Origin: Octopus sinensis
Taxonomy: Eukaryota
Direction: 5' to 3'
NCBI RefSeq assembly: GCF_006345805.1
Contig: NW_021825757.1
Coordinates: 1-14,668 of the forward strand
DNA: 14,668 nucleotides
Each line of letters begins with the position of its first letter. The first letter of the stretch is position 1. The notes under the pieces are model-generated. The model saw nothing but the letters and a program-made list of their open reading frames with translations. It had not been told where the DNA came from and searched no databases. This document shows positions 1-9,133 of the stretch, one piece after another. The translations under genes were made by a program, and so were the position numbers.

Positions 1-980
1 TTGCAGACAACACAAGAGACTTATTAGTTACAGCAATAGTGTAAAGAATTGGAAATTATATCTCTACTCAGGTGACACTGCCTAACAAAAGTTATATCAG
101 GTGAGGACTCTCAGGGAGACCCTTTATCTCCATTAATATTTGTGTTATGCGTAGCTTCGTCAATTTAGTACTAGAAAGGCAAAGTCAGGTGTATCAGTTT
201 AGAGATGTAAAAGAAAATTAATCATTTGCTCAAGATGGACGATTAGAAGCTTTTTGGTTCCTTAATAGGAATTGTAAGGCGCTTAAGAAAAGATATAGCA
301 TGGAATTTGCATAGATATGTGCGTATCATAAATCATTAAAAGGGGACAGTAGTCAGCAGTGAAGGCCAGATAGCAAGAAAGTAAAATCACTGAAGGCAGA
401 GAATCATAAGTGCTTCGGAGTATTAGAATCTGAGAGTGTACTAACAATGAAATGAAAACAAAAATAGCTAAGGAGTACATCGGAAGGTTGAAGAAGCTAA
501 TGAAGGGAAAGCGAAGGGTTCTAAATCTAGTAAAGGTTGTAAAAACTTTGGAAGTGTCGTTACTTCGGGTATTCAGCAGAATTTGTTGATTGGAAAAGAT
601 CTGAATTAGCAAATCTAGACAGAAGAACTAGGAAGGAATTCAATATGAATAGAGGACTTCAGCCTCGATTAGGAAGCAAGATTGCACTTACTTAGAATAA
701 CGAAGGTGGAAGCGGTTTAATATCAGCAGAAAGTAGGGTAGAGTTAGCTAAGTTTGATATATATAATAATGAATGAAATTTATGATTTGCCTGAGTTATA
801 GTAGGAGATAGGAAAGGAAAAAGCCAAATGAAATTAAACAATAAAAAAAGTAGAGATAATCTACTGACAAGAGAATGTATGGCAATGTCGATTGGCAAGA
901 TAGTTGCAGGAATAGTAATATTGAGACATGGTTATGTTTGCTGAAAGGAAGCTGAAAGGGAGACAGAGTTTCTAAGCAAA
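1..980 (+). mobile_element. Decayed reverse-transcriptase/thumb region of an RLE-type non-LTR retrotransposon (R4/Dong-like); 5' part lies outside the window
   Basis: Hand translation across frameshifts and stops: SQGDPLSPLIFVLCV (109-153), KINHLLKMDD*KLFG (214-258), then KDI..EF.ID.C, YSAEFVDWKRSELANLDRRTRKEFNMNRGLQPR, EGG.GLISAE and ETW..LKG.LKGETE. These motifs occur in the order typical of R4/Dong-clade ORFs. Clade assignment is from memory, not from a search. Confidence 0.85.
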
Positions 981-1485
981 ATTAATTGTAAGGTCGGACT
1001 TATATTTCGGAGAGATCTATGAAAATAACATCCACATCATGTGATGTTTACAATAATGATTGCAGGTGTAGGTTTCAGGACTAATGATTGTCCATTACTT
1101 GAACGTTTGCGCTATCAGCCCTATCGTAAGCATTTGAGTCAATGATATTCCATTGTCTCACACCCTACCCGTCTTAAACACGGAAAGAACCACACACCAT
1201 TGCGATGTAATTAAATCGACGGGATGATCATGACCGAAACGCCTCTGATCATAGTCTTGTCATCATTGAACAACAAGCATTCTTTACAAATAACTGAAAT
1301 ATATTCTGCGAAACGAGGAAAATTGGCCGGGTTTCCATTTAGTAACTAGAGCGATGAGGTCATATTTTTGAGCAGATATCGCCATCCCAATAATCGGTAA
1401 AAACAATGGCGTTTGTTTTAGAAAAGCGACAAGTAGATAAGAATATTCTGTGGGTGTTGTCAGGACATATGAAAAATAAAGTTTT

Positions 1486-1620
1486 GGTAATATAATAGAA
1501 GTCGAGGACATGAAATCGTGATTAAGGTCGTGATTTCAGATCCTGGGACGAGTGATGTTTTGTGCGCAGAACAATTCATCTTATGTTGCACAGCGACCAT
1601 TTCAACACTCGACGTGTAGG
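1486..1620 (+). mobile_element. Old tRNA-derived (CORE-like) SINE relic
   Basis: AAGGTCGTGATTTCAGATCCTGG resembles a B-box region, followed by TTGTG..AGAACA.TTCATCTTATGTTGC (CORE-like). Paralogous relics lie at 12193-12329 and about 5447-5590. Confidence 0.55.
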
Positions 1621-2154
1621 AATGGTGACTAGCTGGAAAATGGATTTATTTTCCGGATATTAAAGAATTTCAGCCAATCACATACATCAAGAAAAAATAC
1701 TGCCACTCTCGTTTTAAAAATAATTAGAGAATTATTACAACAGGGTATTTCATTCAGTATGCTTTTCGGATAGCACCTGGAAGGTTGAGACAAAAAACTT
1801 ATATGAGGCAATAGAATATTCGATAAGTGGATAAAACATTTAATTTCTGTCAAAAATTCAAACCGAAGTCATATTTGGGGCCGGCTCTATAAGGTAAATC
1901 AATTTTTGTTACTTTTCTTTTAAGATTTAACATTTGTATTACACACACATGTATATATGATTATTTTTCCCTCTCTCTCTATCTTTCTATAGCTATGCAA
2001 ATTAATACAAATAAGTTGTTCCTGACGATCATTTGTCGGTGAGAGATTTGGTCCAAGCAACCATAACGTTGTTACATGCACTTCAGAATATTATTCAAAC
2101 ATTTCTTTGTCCTGTTCATCCTGTATATAGACTTCTACATAAACACATATGCAT

Positions 2155-2623
2155 GGCGTGGCTGTGTGGTAAGAAACATGCTTCACAAGCAGATAGTTCC
2201 AGGTTCAGTTTCACTGCATGGCAATTGGGAAAGTGTCTTCTACTATAACCTCAGACCGACCAAAGCCTTACGAGTGGATTTGGTAGACGGAAACCGAAAG
2301 AAGTGCGTTCTATATGTATCTATATATATTGAAGCAATATGTGTTTGTGTGTGTGTGTGTGAGTTTGAGTTTGTTTGTGTGTGTATGTGTGTTTCTGTCT
2401 TTGCGACTATGTTGTTACCCATTCATATCTTGACAGCAAGTTTTTTAAGGCCCCTCCTTAACATTGCGGTTCGGCAAAAGCGGCCAATAAAATAAGTACT
2501 TGGCTTACAAAGAATAAGCTCTGATGTCAATTTATTGGGCTTAAAGGCTTTTTTTTGATATGGTGCTCCAGCATGACCGTGGGCAAATGACTTCAACACG
2601 TAAAGGAATTTAAAGAATAAGAA
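2155..2623 (+). mobile_element. Octopus-type tRNA-derived SINE, type 1 (GGCGTGGCTGTGTGGTAAG head, microsatellite linker, AATAAGTACT tail); exact OK/OR family not assignable by eye
   Basis: A-box-like GTGGCTGTGTGGT, B-box-like GGTTCAGTTTC, GGCAA.TGGGAAAGTGTCTTCTACTATA, GAGTGGATTTGGTAGACGGAAAC, then (GT)n and tail GCGGTTCGGCAAAAG..AATAAGTACT..GGTGCTCCAGCATG. Colinear with 9712-10085. Confidence 0.9.
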
Positions 2624-2797
2624 TACACCTTTATATGTGTGTGTGCGCATGCGTGTGTGTATATATAAAATGCGTATGAATATATAAATATGTACTTATA
2701 TACCTATATATATATATGTGTGTGTGTGTCTGTGTGTGAGTGTTTTGCCTCGTACACATGTGCATGATTTCCAACACACATGTAGACACACACTCAC

Positions 2798-2848
<51 letters not shown>

Positions 2849-3060
2849 ATTATATACATATATATACATATATATATTTATATATATATATAAACATATA
2901 GATATATATATTATATATATATACATATATATATTTATATATATATATATATATATATATACAAACGAAAATACATACACACACTCATATGCGCACACAT
3001 TCATACACACACACATATTGTGCGTGTTTGTTTATGTATATATCCTATGCATCTTATATA
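2624..3060. repeat. Compound (GT)n/(AT)n/(AC)n microsatellite
   Basis: Seen directly; paralog at 13385-13770. Confidence 0.97.
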
Positions 3061-3526
3061 ACCATACATGATTACGTATGACCCCGCGTAGAAATTTTCG
3101 TCCTAAAGTCCTAGATTGCCGCCTATAAAGTGGTTCTGGGTTAGGTAGATTGCCAGTGGTTGTGTTTTGCGGGGGAATTGGACAGTCGACTAATTGGACT
3201 TCAGCACTCTGAGAAATGAAAGGCAAAGTGTAGTTCGACAGGAAAGGAAATCAGAATGCGAATAGATAAATCGAGTTTTTTATTTTTTTTTTAAGATTTA
3301 ACATTTATATATACACACACATATATATGATTTATTTTTCCATCTCTCTCTATCTTTCTATAACTATGCAACTTAATAGAATAACGTTGTTCGTGACAAT
3401 CATTTGTCGGTGAGCATTTGGTTCCAAGCAACCATAACGTTGTTACACGCACGTAAGAAATATTAGTTAAACATTTGATGTCCTCTTCATCCTGTTTATA
3501 GACGTCGACATAAACACACATGCATA

Positions 3527-3700
3527 GGCGTGGCTATGTGGCAAGAAGCTTGCTCCGCAAGCATATAGGTCCAGGTTTCGTTTCCCTGCTTGGCAACCTG
3601 GGAAGTGTTCTACTATAACCTCGGCCGAGCAAAGACTTGTGAGTGGTTTAGTAGACGGACCCGAAGGAAATCCTTTATTATATATATATACATATGTGTG
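3527..3700 (+). mobile_element. Type 1 SINE head (duplicated together with upstream block 3266-3526)
   Basis: GGCGTGGCTATGTGG...TTCTACTATAACCTCGGCCGAGCAAAGACTTGTGAGTGG..TAGACGGA, preceded by the same flank as the copy at 2155. Confidence 0.88.
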
Positions 3701-4094
3701 ACAATGATATTCAATTGTCTCACACCCTACCGATTTAACCAAGGAAAGAACACAACACATATTGTGAAGTAAGTAAATCGACGGGATGATCATGACCGAA
3801 ACGCCTCTGATCATAGCCTTGTCATCAATGAACAACAAGCATAATTACAACCAACTGAAATATATTCTGGGAAAGGAGGGAAATTCGTCGGGTTTGCATT
3901 TTAGTAACTAGAGAAATGAGATATCGCCATCCCAATAATCGATCAAAAACTTATATGAGGCCATAGAATATTCAGATAAGTGGAGAAAACTTATTTAATT
4001 TCTGACGATAATTTGTCGGTGAGCATTTGGTTCCAAGCAACCATAACCCCCCCCCCCCTTAACATAGCGGATCGGCAAAGTGACCAATAAAAAA

Positions 4095-4192
4095 CACATA
4101 GAAACATATAGACACCACACGCACATATATATACATATATACGACGGGCTTCTTTAAGTTTCTGTCTACCAAATCACTCACAGGACTTTACG
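4095..4192 (-). mobile_element. Type 1 SINE internal fragment, antisense
   Basis: Reverse complement reads GTCCTGTGAGTGATTTGGTAGACAGAAACTTAAAGAAGCCCGTCGTATATATG. Confidence 0.85.
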
Positions 4193-4345
4193 CCTATATA
4201 TATATATATATATATATATATAACACACAAACGTACATATTTGCACACATTCACATTCACATACACACACAGGTACACTTACACACACACATACACGCAC
4301 ATATATTTGTTCTTGTTTGTGTATGTATATATATCCCGATGCATT
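4193..4345. repeat. (AT)n/(AC)n microsatellite
   Basis: Seen directly. Confidence 0.93.
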
Positions 4346-4459
4346 TTAAATACCCAGACATGATTACATAACACCACCGCGTAGCAATTCTTTGTCCTGA
4401 AATCCTAGATTGCCGCTCATATATGTTTACTCTACTCTCGCTAGGTAGAATGCCAGTGG

Positions 4460-4635
4460 TTGTTGTTTTGTGGGGGAAGTGGTCAGTCGACTAATTGGAC
4501 TTCAGCTCCTCTGAGAAATGAAATGCAAAGGGGACTTCGGCGGGAAAGGAACTCAGAACGCGAATAGCCGACAGAAGCGCTGCAAAGCAATTTGTAAATT
4601 TGTGTACAGGCATTGTGTACAGCATTGCCGACTAT
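4460..4635 (-). mobile_element. Old type 2 SINE relic (truncated paralogs at about 3140-3262 and 13870-13972)
   Basis: GAGAAATGAAA.GCAAAG.GGACTTCGGCGGGAAAGGAACTCAGAACG resembles GAAAGGATGAAAGGCAA..CCTCGGTGGAATTTGAACTCAGAACG at 8060-8125. Confidence 0.6.
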
Positions 4636-5359
4636 TTTGCTTGATATTCTTGTTTAATATTATATTTTTAATTTAACTCTATACTTTTTAAGCGAAAAAC
4701 TTATTTTTCATTCGAAAGTCCTGTCCTGCGGGGATGGGAAGGTTGGCGAAGCATTCATTCAGATCTGAGGTGGTGGAAGCATGTATTTAGTGGTATACAA
4801 GTGTCCTATGGGTTTTTGGTTGCATGTGTGCTGAAGCAGTTGAATTCAGGGAAAATCCTGCTCACCTAGAGACCGGAGACAATGCTATATAACTAAATGG
4901 ATGGGAAGATGACGACTGGATGTCCTCTGACCATAGCTTTACTCAATCAGGAAAACATTGGCTTGTGACGCAGATATGTTTACAATGTTTTTCCATCAAA
5001 CACCTGGAGATACCTGCGATCTCTTTCCAATCACACACTCTTATTTTAGACAATGGAGGACATGGTTGCTAATGTTTGAATAAAAAATAATTAGTAGGGT
5101 ATAATTGGAATGCCTTTGTGCAAAATTACGATCAGTCAGTGGCAAACAACAACGTCGACAACAACACCCTAAGTAAAACACAAAAAAACAAACAAAGATA
5201 TGTACCTAAAATTGGCCTCGTTCTCAGACTGTATCACCACATCAAACAACGCAATTATCTGCGTCAGACTTTCTATCATTACTGATACAACGCCATATCG
5301 TTAGCTACAAGAGACATCACTTAGGAGTAACGCTCAGATTTTTTCTCTCGGGATCCATG

Positions 5360-5915
5360 TAAATTCATGGGTGTTGCTTCGGGAAACGCCTAGTAGATAG
5401 AAGGATTCTGGATGCTGTCCCACTTATGTCATATAACATGTTAAATAATATAATTGGTGTCCAAGGCGAATGACCACGCTGTTGACGGTGTTACATTCGC
5501 GATAGCGAGATCGCGGTTTCAATCCCGTAAAGGGAATTGTATTGCATTCTTAAGCAATCACCTCATCTTATATTACTTTGCGTCGTGTAGAATGGTGAAT
5601 TTCTTAAAAATGGATTTATTTTCCGGATATTAAAGTACAGCGAATACATACATCGACAGAAAATACTGACACTCCGTTAAAAAAACACATAACGGGTTAT
5701 AAAATATGTGTACTTCGGTCAGTATTCTTATCCGATACAAGCCGCAAAATGAGAATAACTTTCATGAGGTAATAGAATATTCAGATAAGTGGATAAACCT
5801 TTTCTAATTTCTGTAAAAAATTAATACTGAAGTCATTTGAACCGGCATTGTAATGTAAATCAATTTTGCTACTTTCCTGTAAATATTAAAATTGATATTT
5901 ATACACACACATATC
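5360..5915 (+). repeat. Older, more diverged paralog of block 1400-1950 / 12110-12660
   Basis: Shares ATGGATTTATTTTCCGGATATTAAAG, AATAGAATATTCAGATAAGTGGATAA and GTAAATCAATTTT.. in the same order and spacing. Intervening sequence is only about 65-80% identical. Confidence 0.85.
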
Positions 5916-6234
5916 TACACTGGCGAGATTAAATTTAAGACCGATGATAATAATCCTATTTCTAACAAAATATTTTGTTACTAACACCATACAAATTATT
6001 TCTAACTTTTACACTTTATGGAGACTTTATTTCTCTTTGGAATGATGCAGACAATAACTATTTTTATACAACTTGAAGAATGCATGAAAGTACTAGTTCA
6101 ATCAGAGTGGATATTTGATATTCTATCGCTTCATTATGTTATCTTATCTTATCATATATTATTATAGGATTGTAAATAAATCATGAAAATCAAAGTTGGA
6201 ATTTCTTTAAGTAATATATTCTCCTATACACAAT

Positions 6235-6278
6235 CATACATACCTGTGTATAAGTGCATATATTAATATATATATATA

Positions 6279-6310
<32 letters not shown>

Positions 6311-6355
6311 ATATAATATATGTACATATATGTATATATATATGTATATATAAGG
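6235..6355. repeat. Interrupted (AT)n microsatellite
   Basis: Seen directly. Confidence 0.95.
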
Positions 6356-6476
6356 ATATTATGCTTACAATATTATCAAGTGTCAACCATGCGTAAAAAA
6401 TGCCATAAGGTAAGGCATCATTAATTAATGATAAAGTTCCTACAAGCAGCACCAGCACACTAAAAATAGCATTACG

Positions 6477-6490
6477 AAGAGAGAGAGAGA

Positions 6491-6522
<32 letters not shown>

Positions 6523-6641
6523 TAAGAGAGAAAGTCAGAAAGAGAAAAAAAAGAGGAGAAAAGAGAAAGAAAATGAAAGTGGGGAAAGAGAGAGGAAAGA
6601 AAAAAGAAAAGAAAAGAAAGAGAGAAAGAGAGAGAGAGAGA
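6477..6641. repeat. (GA)n / GA-rich polypurine tract
   Basis: About 165 bp, almost all purine. Confidence 0.97.
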
Positions 6642-6699
6642 CAATTCGAAAAATAATTAGACAGATAAACAACAGAAACTTCAATACATAGATTGAAAC

Positions 6700-6728
6700 A
6701 CACACACCACAACACACATACTCACACA

Positions 6729-6759
<31 letters not shown>

Positions 6760-6770
6760 CACAACACCCA
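6700..6770. repeat. (CA)n microsatellite
   Basis: Seen directly. Confidence 0.95.
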
Positions 6771-6890
6771 TACATACTTATAAAATGGTAAAAAAATAAC
6801 GCTCTCTTTCCTCAGTCAAGTCCCACAAGTCACGACCATCTCGGGCAGGAACACTTGGGAAGGTTCGATCTGGTTGCCCCCCACTAAAAG

Positions 6891-6908
6891 TCTCTCTCTC
6901 TCTCTCTA

Positions 6909-6944
<36 letters not shown>

Positions 6945-7051
6945 CATATACATATATCATCTTTTATCCTTACATTTCCACGTGTATTTTATATTTTCTT
7001 TCTTTAACATATTTCTACTATGCTTATAATATACATACCACACACACACAC

Positions 7052-7092
<41 letters not shown>

Positions 7093-7113
7093 CATATATA
7101 TAACACACACACA

Positions 7114-7157
<44 letters not shown>

Positions 7158-7158
7158 C

Positions 7159-7189
<31 letters not shown>

Positions 7190-7190
7190 A
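6891..7190. repeat. (CT)n, (AT)n and compound (CA)n(AT)n microsatellites
   Basis: Seen directly; short T-rich spacer at about 6958-7028. Confidence 0.92.
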
Positions 7191-7444
7191 ACATATAAGT
7201 GAGTTGTGTATGTGGGTGTATTCATTCAAACAATTACTAAAATATGTAGCTGCACCAAGTGGGGAATTCCGGTTGTACAATTGTTCCGAGTATAAATTAT
7301 TTGATAAACAAACCACTTGACAAACAGTAGAAAAGTAGACATTTAATATAAATTTTAATACAGAATAAGCAGGATAAGAAGAAAAAGGCGTAGCAGAGAG
7401 TGGCTGAGGAGATCACAGTATGTGAGACGAAAGAATTTATGCTA

Positions 7445-7465
7445 ATAGTAATAATAATAATAATG

Positions 7466-7532
<67 letters not shown>

Positions 7533-7755
7533 TAATAATAGTCGTTCCTACTATAAGCACAAAGCCTGACATCTTGGTGGGGGGGGAGTTAGTCGATTAC
7601 ATAGCCCCTAGTACTCAACTGGTATTTAATTTATAGACCTCGAAATGTTGAAATGTGAAGTTGACCTCGGGTGATTTGAACTCAGAAACTAATGATGGAT
7701 GAAATACTACCAAGCATTTTGCCCGAAATGCTAACGATTCTGCCAGCTAAACCTC
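7445..7755 (-). mobile_element. Octopus-type tRNA-derived SINE, type 2 (GAGCTGGCAGAATCGTTAGCA head), with (AAT)n tail
   Basis: Reverse complement reads AGCTGGCAGAATCGTTAGCA...TTCTGAGTTCAAATC.CCCGAGGTCAAC...AAATACCAGTTGAGTACT.GGG. It abuts (AAT)n at 7445-7540. Confidence 0.9.
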
Positions 7756-7801
7756 AAATAATAATAATAATAATAATAATAATTATTATTATTATTATTA
7801 T
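7756..7801. repeat. (AAT)n(ATT)n palindromic microsatellite
   Basis: 7764-7801 is a perfect 38-bp palindrome centred at 7782/7783. Confidence 0.95.
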
Positions 7802-8168
7802 CCTGTCTACTGGAAGCACAAGGACTAGTCCATTACATCGATCCCAGTGTGTAACTGGTACTTAATTTATCGTCTCCGAAAGGATGAAGGGCAAAGTCGA
7901 TCTAAGCGGAATTTGAACTCAGAATGTAGTGAGAGACGAAATACTTATCTCTTTACTACCCACAAGGGGCTAAACACAGAGAGGACAAACAAGGACAGAC
8001 ACGCTGATTAAGTCGATTATATCGCCTCCAGTGCGTAACTGGTACTTATTTATCGACTACAAAAGGATGAAAGGCAATATCCACCTCGGTGGAATTTGGA
8101 CTCGGTGGAATTTGAACTCAGAACGTAACCGCAGACGAAATACTTTCTAAACGTTTCGCCCGGCGTAC
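7802..8168 (-). mobile_element. Tandem (dimeric) type 2 SINE, antisense
   Basis: Two successive units, each with CAGTG.GTAACTGGTACTT..TTTATCG..C.AAAGGATGAA.GGCAA..C.....GG.GGAATTTGAACTCAGAA.GTA..AGACGAAATAC (7802-7945 and 7946-8168). Confidence 0.9.
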
Positions 8169-8325
8169 CAACACAACAACAACAACAACAATAAAGTGAA
8201 TATCAAATTATATTGCGCGTGTTTCATTGGCAACAGACGACCATCTCCAAATAGAAGAATTTCTGTTTTAACACCCAATTTCAAAAATGCATGAACGAAA
8301 TAATATTAAATATTAAGTAGAAATA

Positions 8326-8459
8326 TTCCGCCGAGGTTGTCTTTGGCTTTTATCCTTTCGGGGTCGATGAAATCAATATCAGTTATGTACTGGGGTCGAT
8401 GTAATCAACTTACTCTCTCCCCCGAAATTGCTGGTGTTGTGCCAAAATTTGGAATCAAT
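8326..8459 (+). mobile_element. Type 2 SINE 3' fragment, sense
   Basis: TTCCGCCGAGGTTGTCTTTGGCTTTTATCCTTTCGGGGTCGAT..CAGTTA.GTACTGGGGTCGATGTAATC.ACTT. Confidence 0.9.
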
Positions 8460-8607
8460 GTGTAGGAGAAATAAAACAAAACACAGCATCACTCACTAAT
8501 GGACACCATGTTAATGGTTTTAACAAATTATAAAGTGAACGGCTTAGAGAGTGTTTCATCTTTATGCGTGTTTCCTTGGATTGAATCTGTGTAGGTGGGC
8601 ATGTTTA

Positions 8608-8763
8608 GGCGCGGCTGTGTGGTAAGACGCTTGCTTCCAGATCTGGTTTCGGGTTCAGTTCCACTGCGTGGCACACTGCGCACATGTCTTCTACCATAGC
8701 ATTGGACTCTCAAAATCCTCAGGAGTGGATTTGGTAGATGGAAACGGAAAGAAGCCCATCGTG
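8608..8763 (+). mobile_element. Type 1 SINE 5' half, interrupted by an antisense SINE
   Basis: GGCGCGGCTGTGTGGTAAG..GGGTTCAGTTCCACTGCGTGGCAC..GAGTGGATTTGGTAGATGGAAAC.GAAAGAAGCCCATCGT; ends where the linker should begin. Confidence 0.92.
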
Positions 8764-8764
8764 A

Positions 8765-9133
8765 CTATTCTTTTACTTGTTTCAGTCATTTGACTGCGGC
8801 CATGTTGGAGCTCCGCCTTTAGTCGAACAAATCGACCCTAAGACTTAATCTTTGTAAGCCTATTACTTTTTCTATCAGTTTCCTTTCCAGAACCGCTATG
8901 TTACAGGGACGTAAGCACACCAACATCGGTTGTCAAGGGATGGTGGAGGGACAAATATCGACACACAAATACACACACACACATACGACGGGCTTATTTG
9001 AGTTTCCATCTCTGAAATCCACTCACAAGACTATGGTCGGCCCTTGGCTATAGTAGAAGACACACAGCCAAGGTGTCACGCAACGGGACTGAACCCGGAA
9101 CCATGTGTTTCTTACTCTACGGCCACTTCTATG
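8765..9133 (-). mobile_element. Near full-length type 1 SINE, antisense
   Basis: Reverse complement of the 9712-10085 architecture: TTTTACTTGTTTCAGTCATTTGACTGCGGCCATG..GGAGC through (CA)n to GGACTGAACCCGGAACCATGTG. Confidence 0.95.

Larger units (their letters stand above)
269..3850 (+). repeat. Segmental duplication, copy A
   Basis: Colinear with 10634-14506: LINE fragment, unique blocks, SINE, microsatellite and a second SINE head all occur in the same order. Identity is about 89-94% in hand-aligned blocks. Confidence 0.95.
3700..4566 (+). repeat. Internally deleted third copy of the module (blocks from 1140-2492, then a copy of 3060-3265)
   Basis: 3700-4094 matches, in order, pieces of 1140-1358, 1376-1404, 1799-1849, 2025-2067 and 2451-2492. 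4350-4566 matches 3060-3265. Confidence 0.9.

Noticed and set aside
283-898. Minus-strand ORFs 283-612 and 692-898
   Set aside because: They are antisense to the A-rich LINE relic; the plus strand carries the recognisable RT motifs.
995-1045. Minus-strand HDVDVIFIDLS resembling a CR1/L2 RT motif
   Set aside because: The frame exists only because of a 1-bp deletion private to copy A; the copies at about 11725 and 14330 are one base longer. Flanking RT motifs are absent.
1215-1260. Hammerhead-ribozyme-like GATGA..CCGAAAC with a small hairpin (also about 3780 and 11925)
   Set aside because: None of the three copies has the CUGANGA core, and stems II and III do not form consistently.
1280-1900. 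Toll-like receptor TIR-domain-like peptides stitched across frames (VLPG, NIIEV, EWC, LYEAIEYSDKWI), also in 12000-12600
   Set aside because: The reading needs many frame changes, and the stops are shared by the paralogs. The middle of the putative domain (1486-1620) is better explained as a SINE relic.
1890-1900. AAG|GTAAAT splice-donor-like site kept in copies A and B
   Set aside because: There is no open frame or acceptor upstream, and the old paralog reads AAT|GTAAAT.
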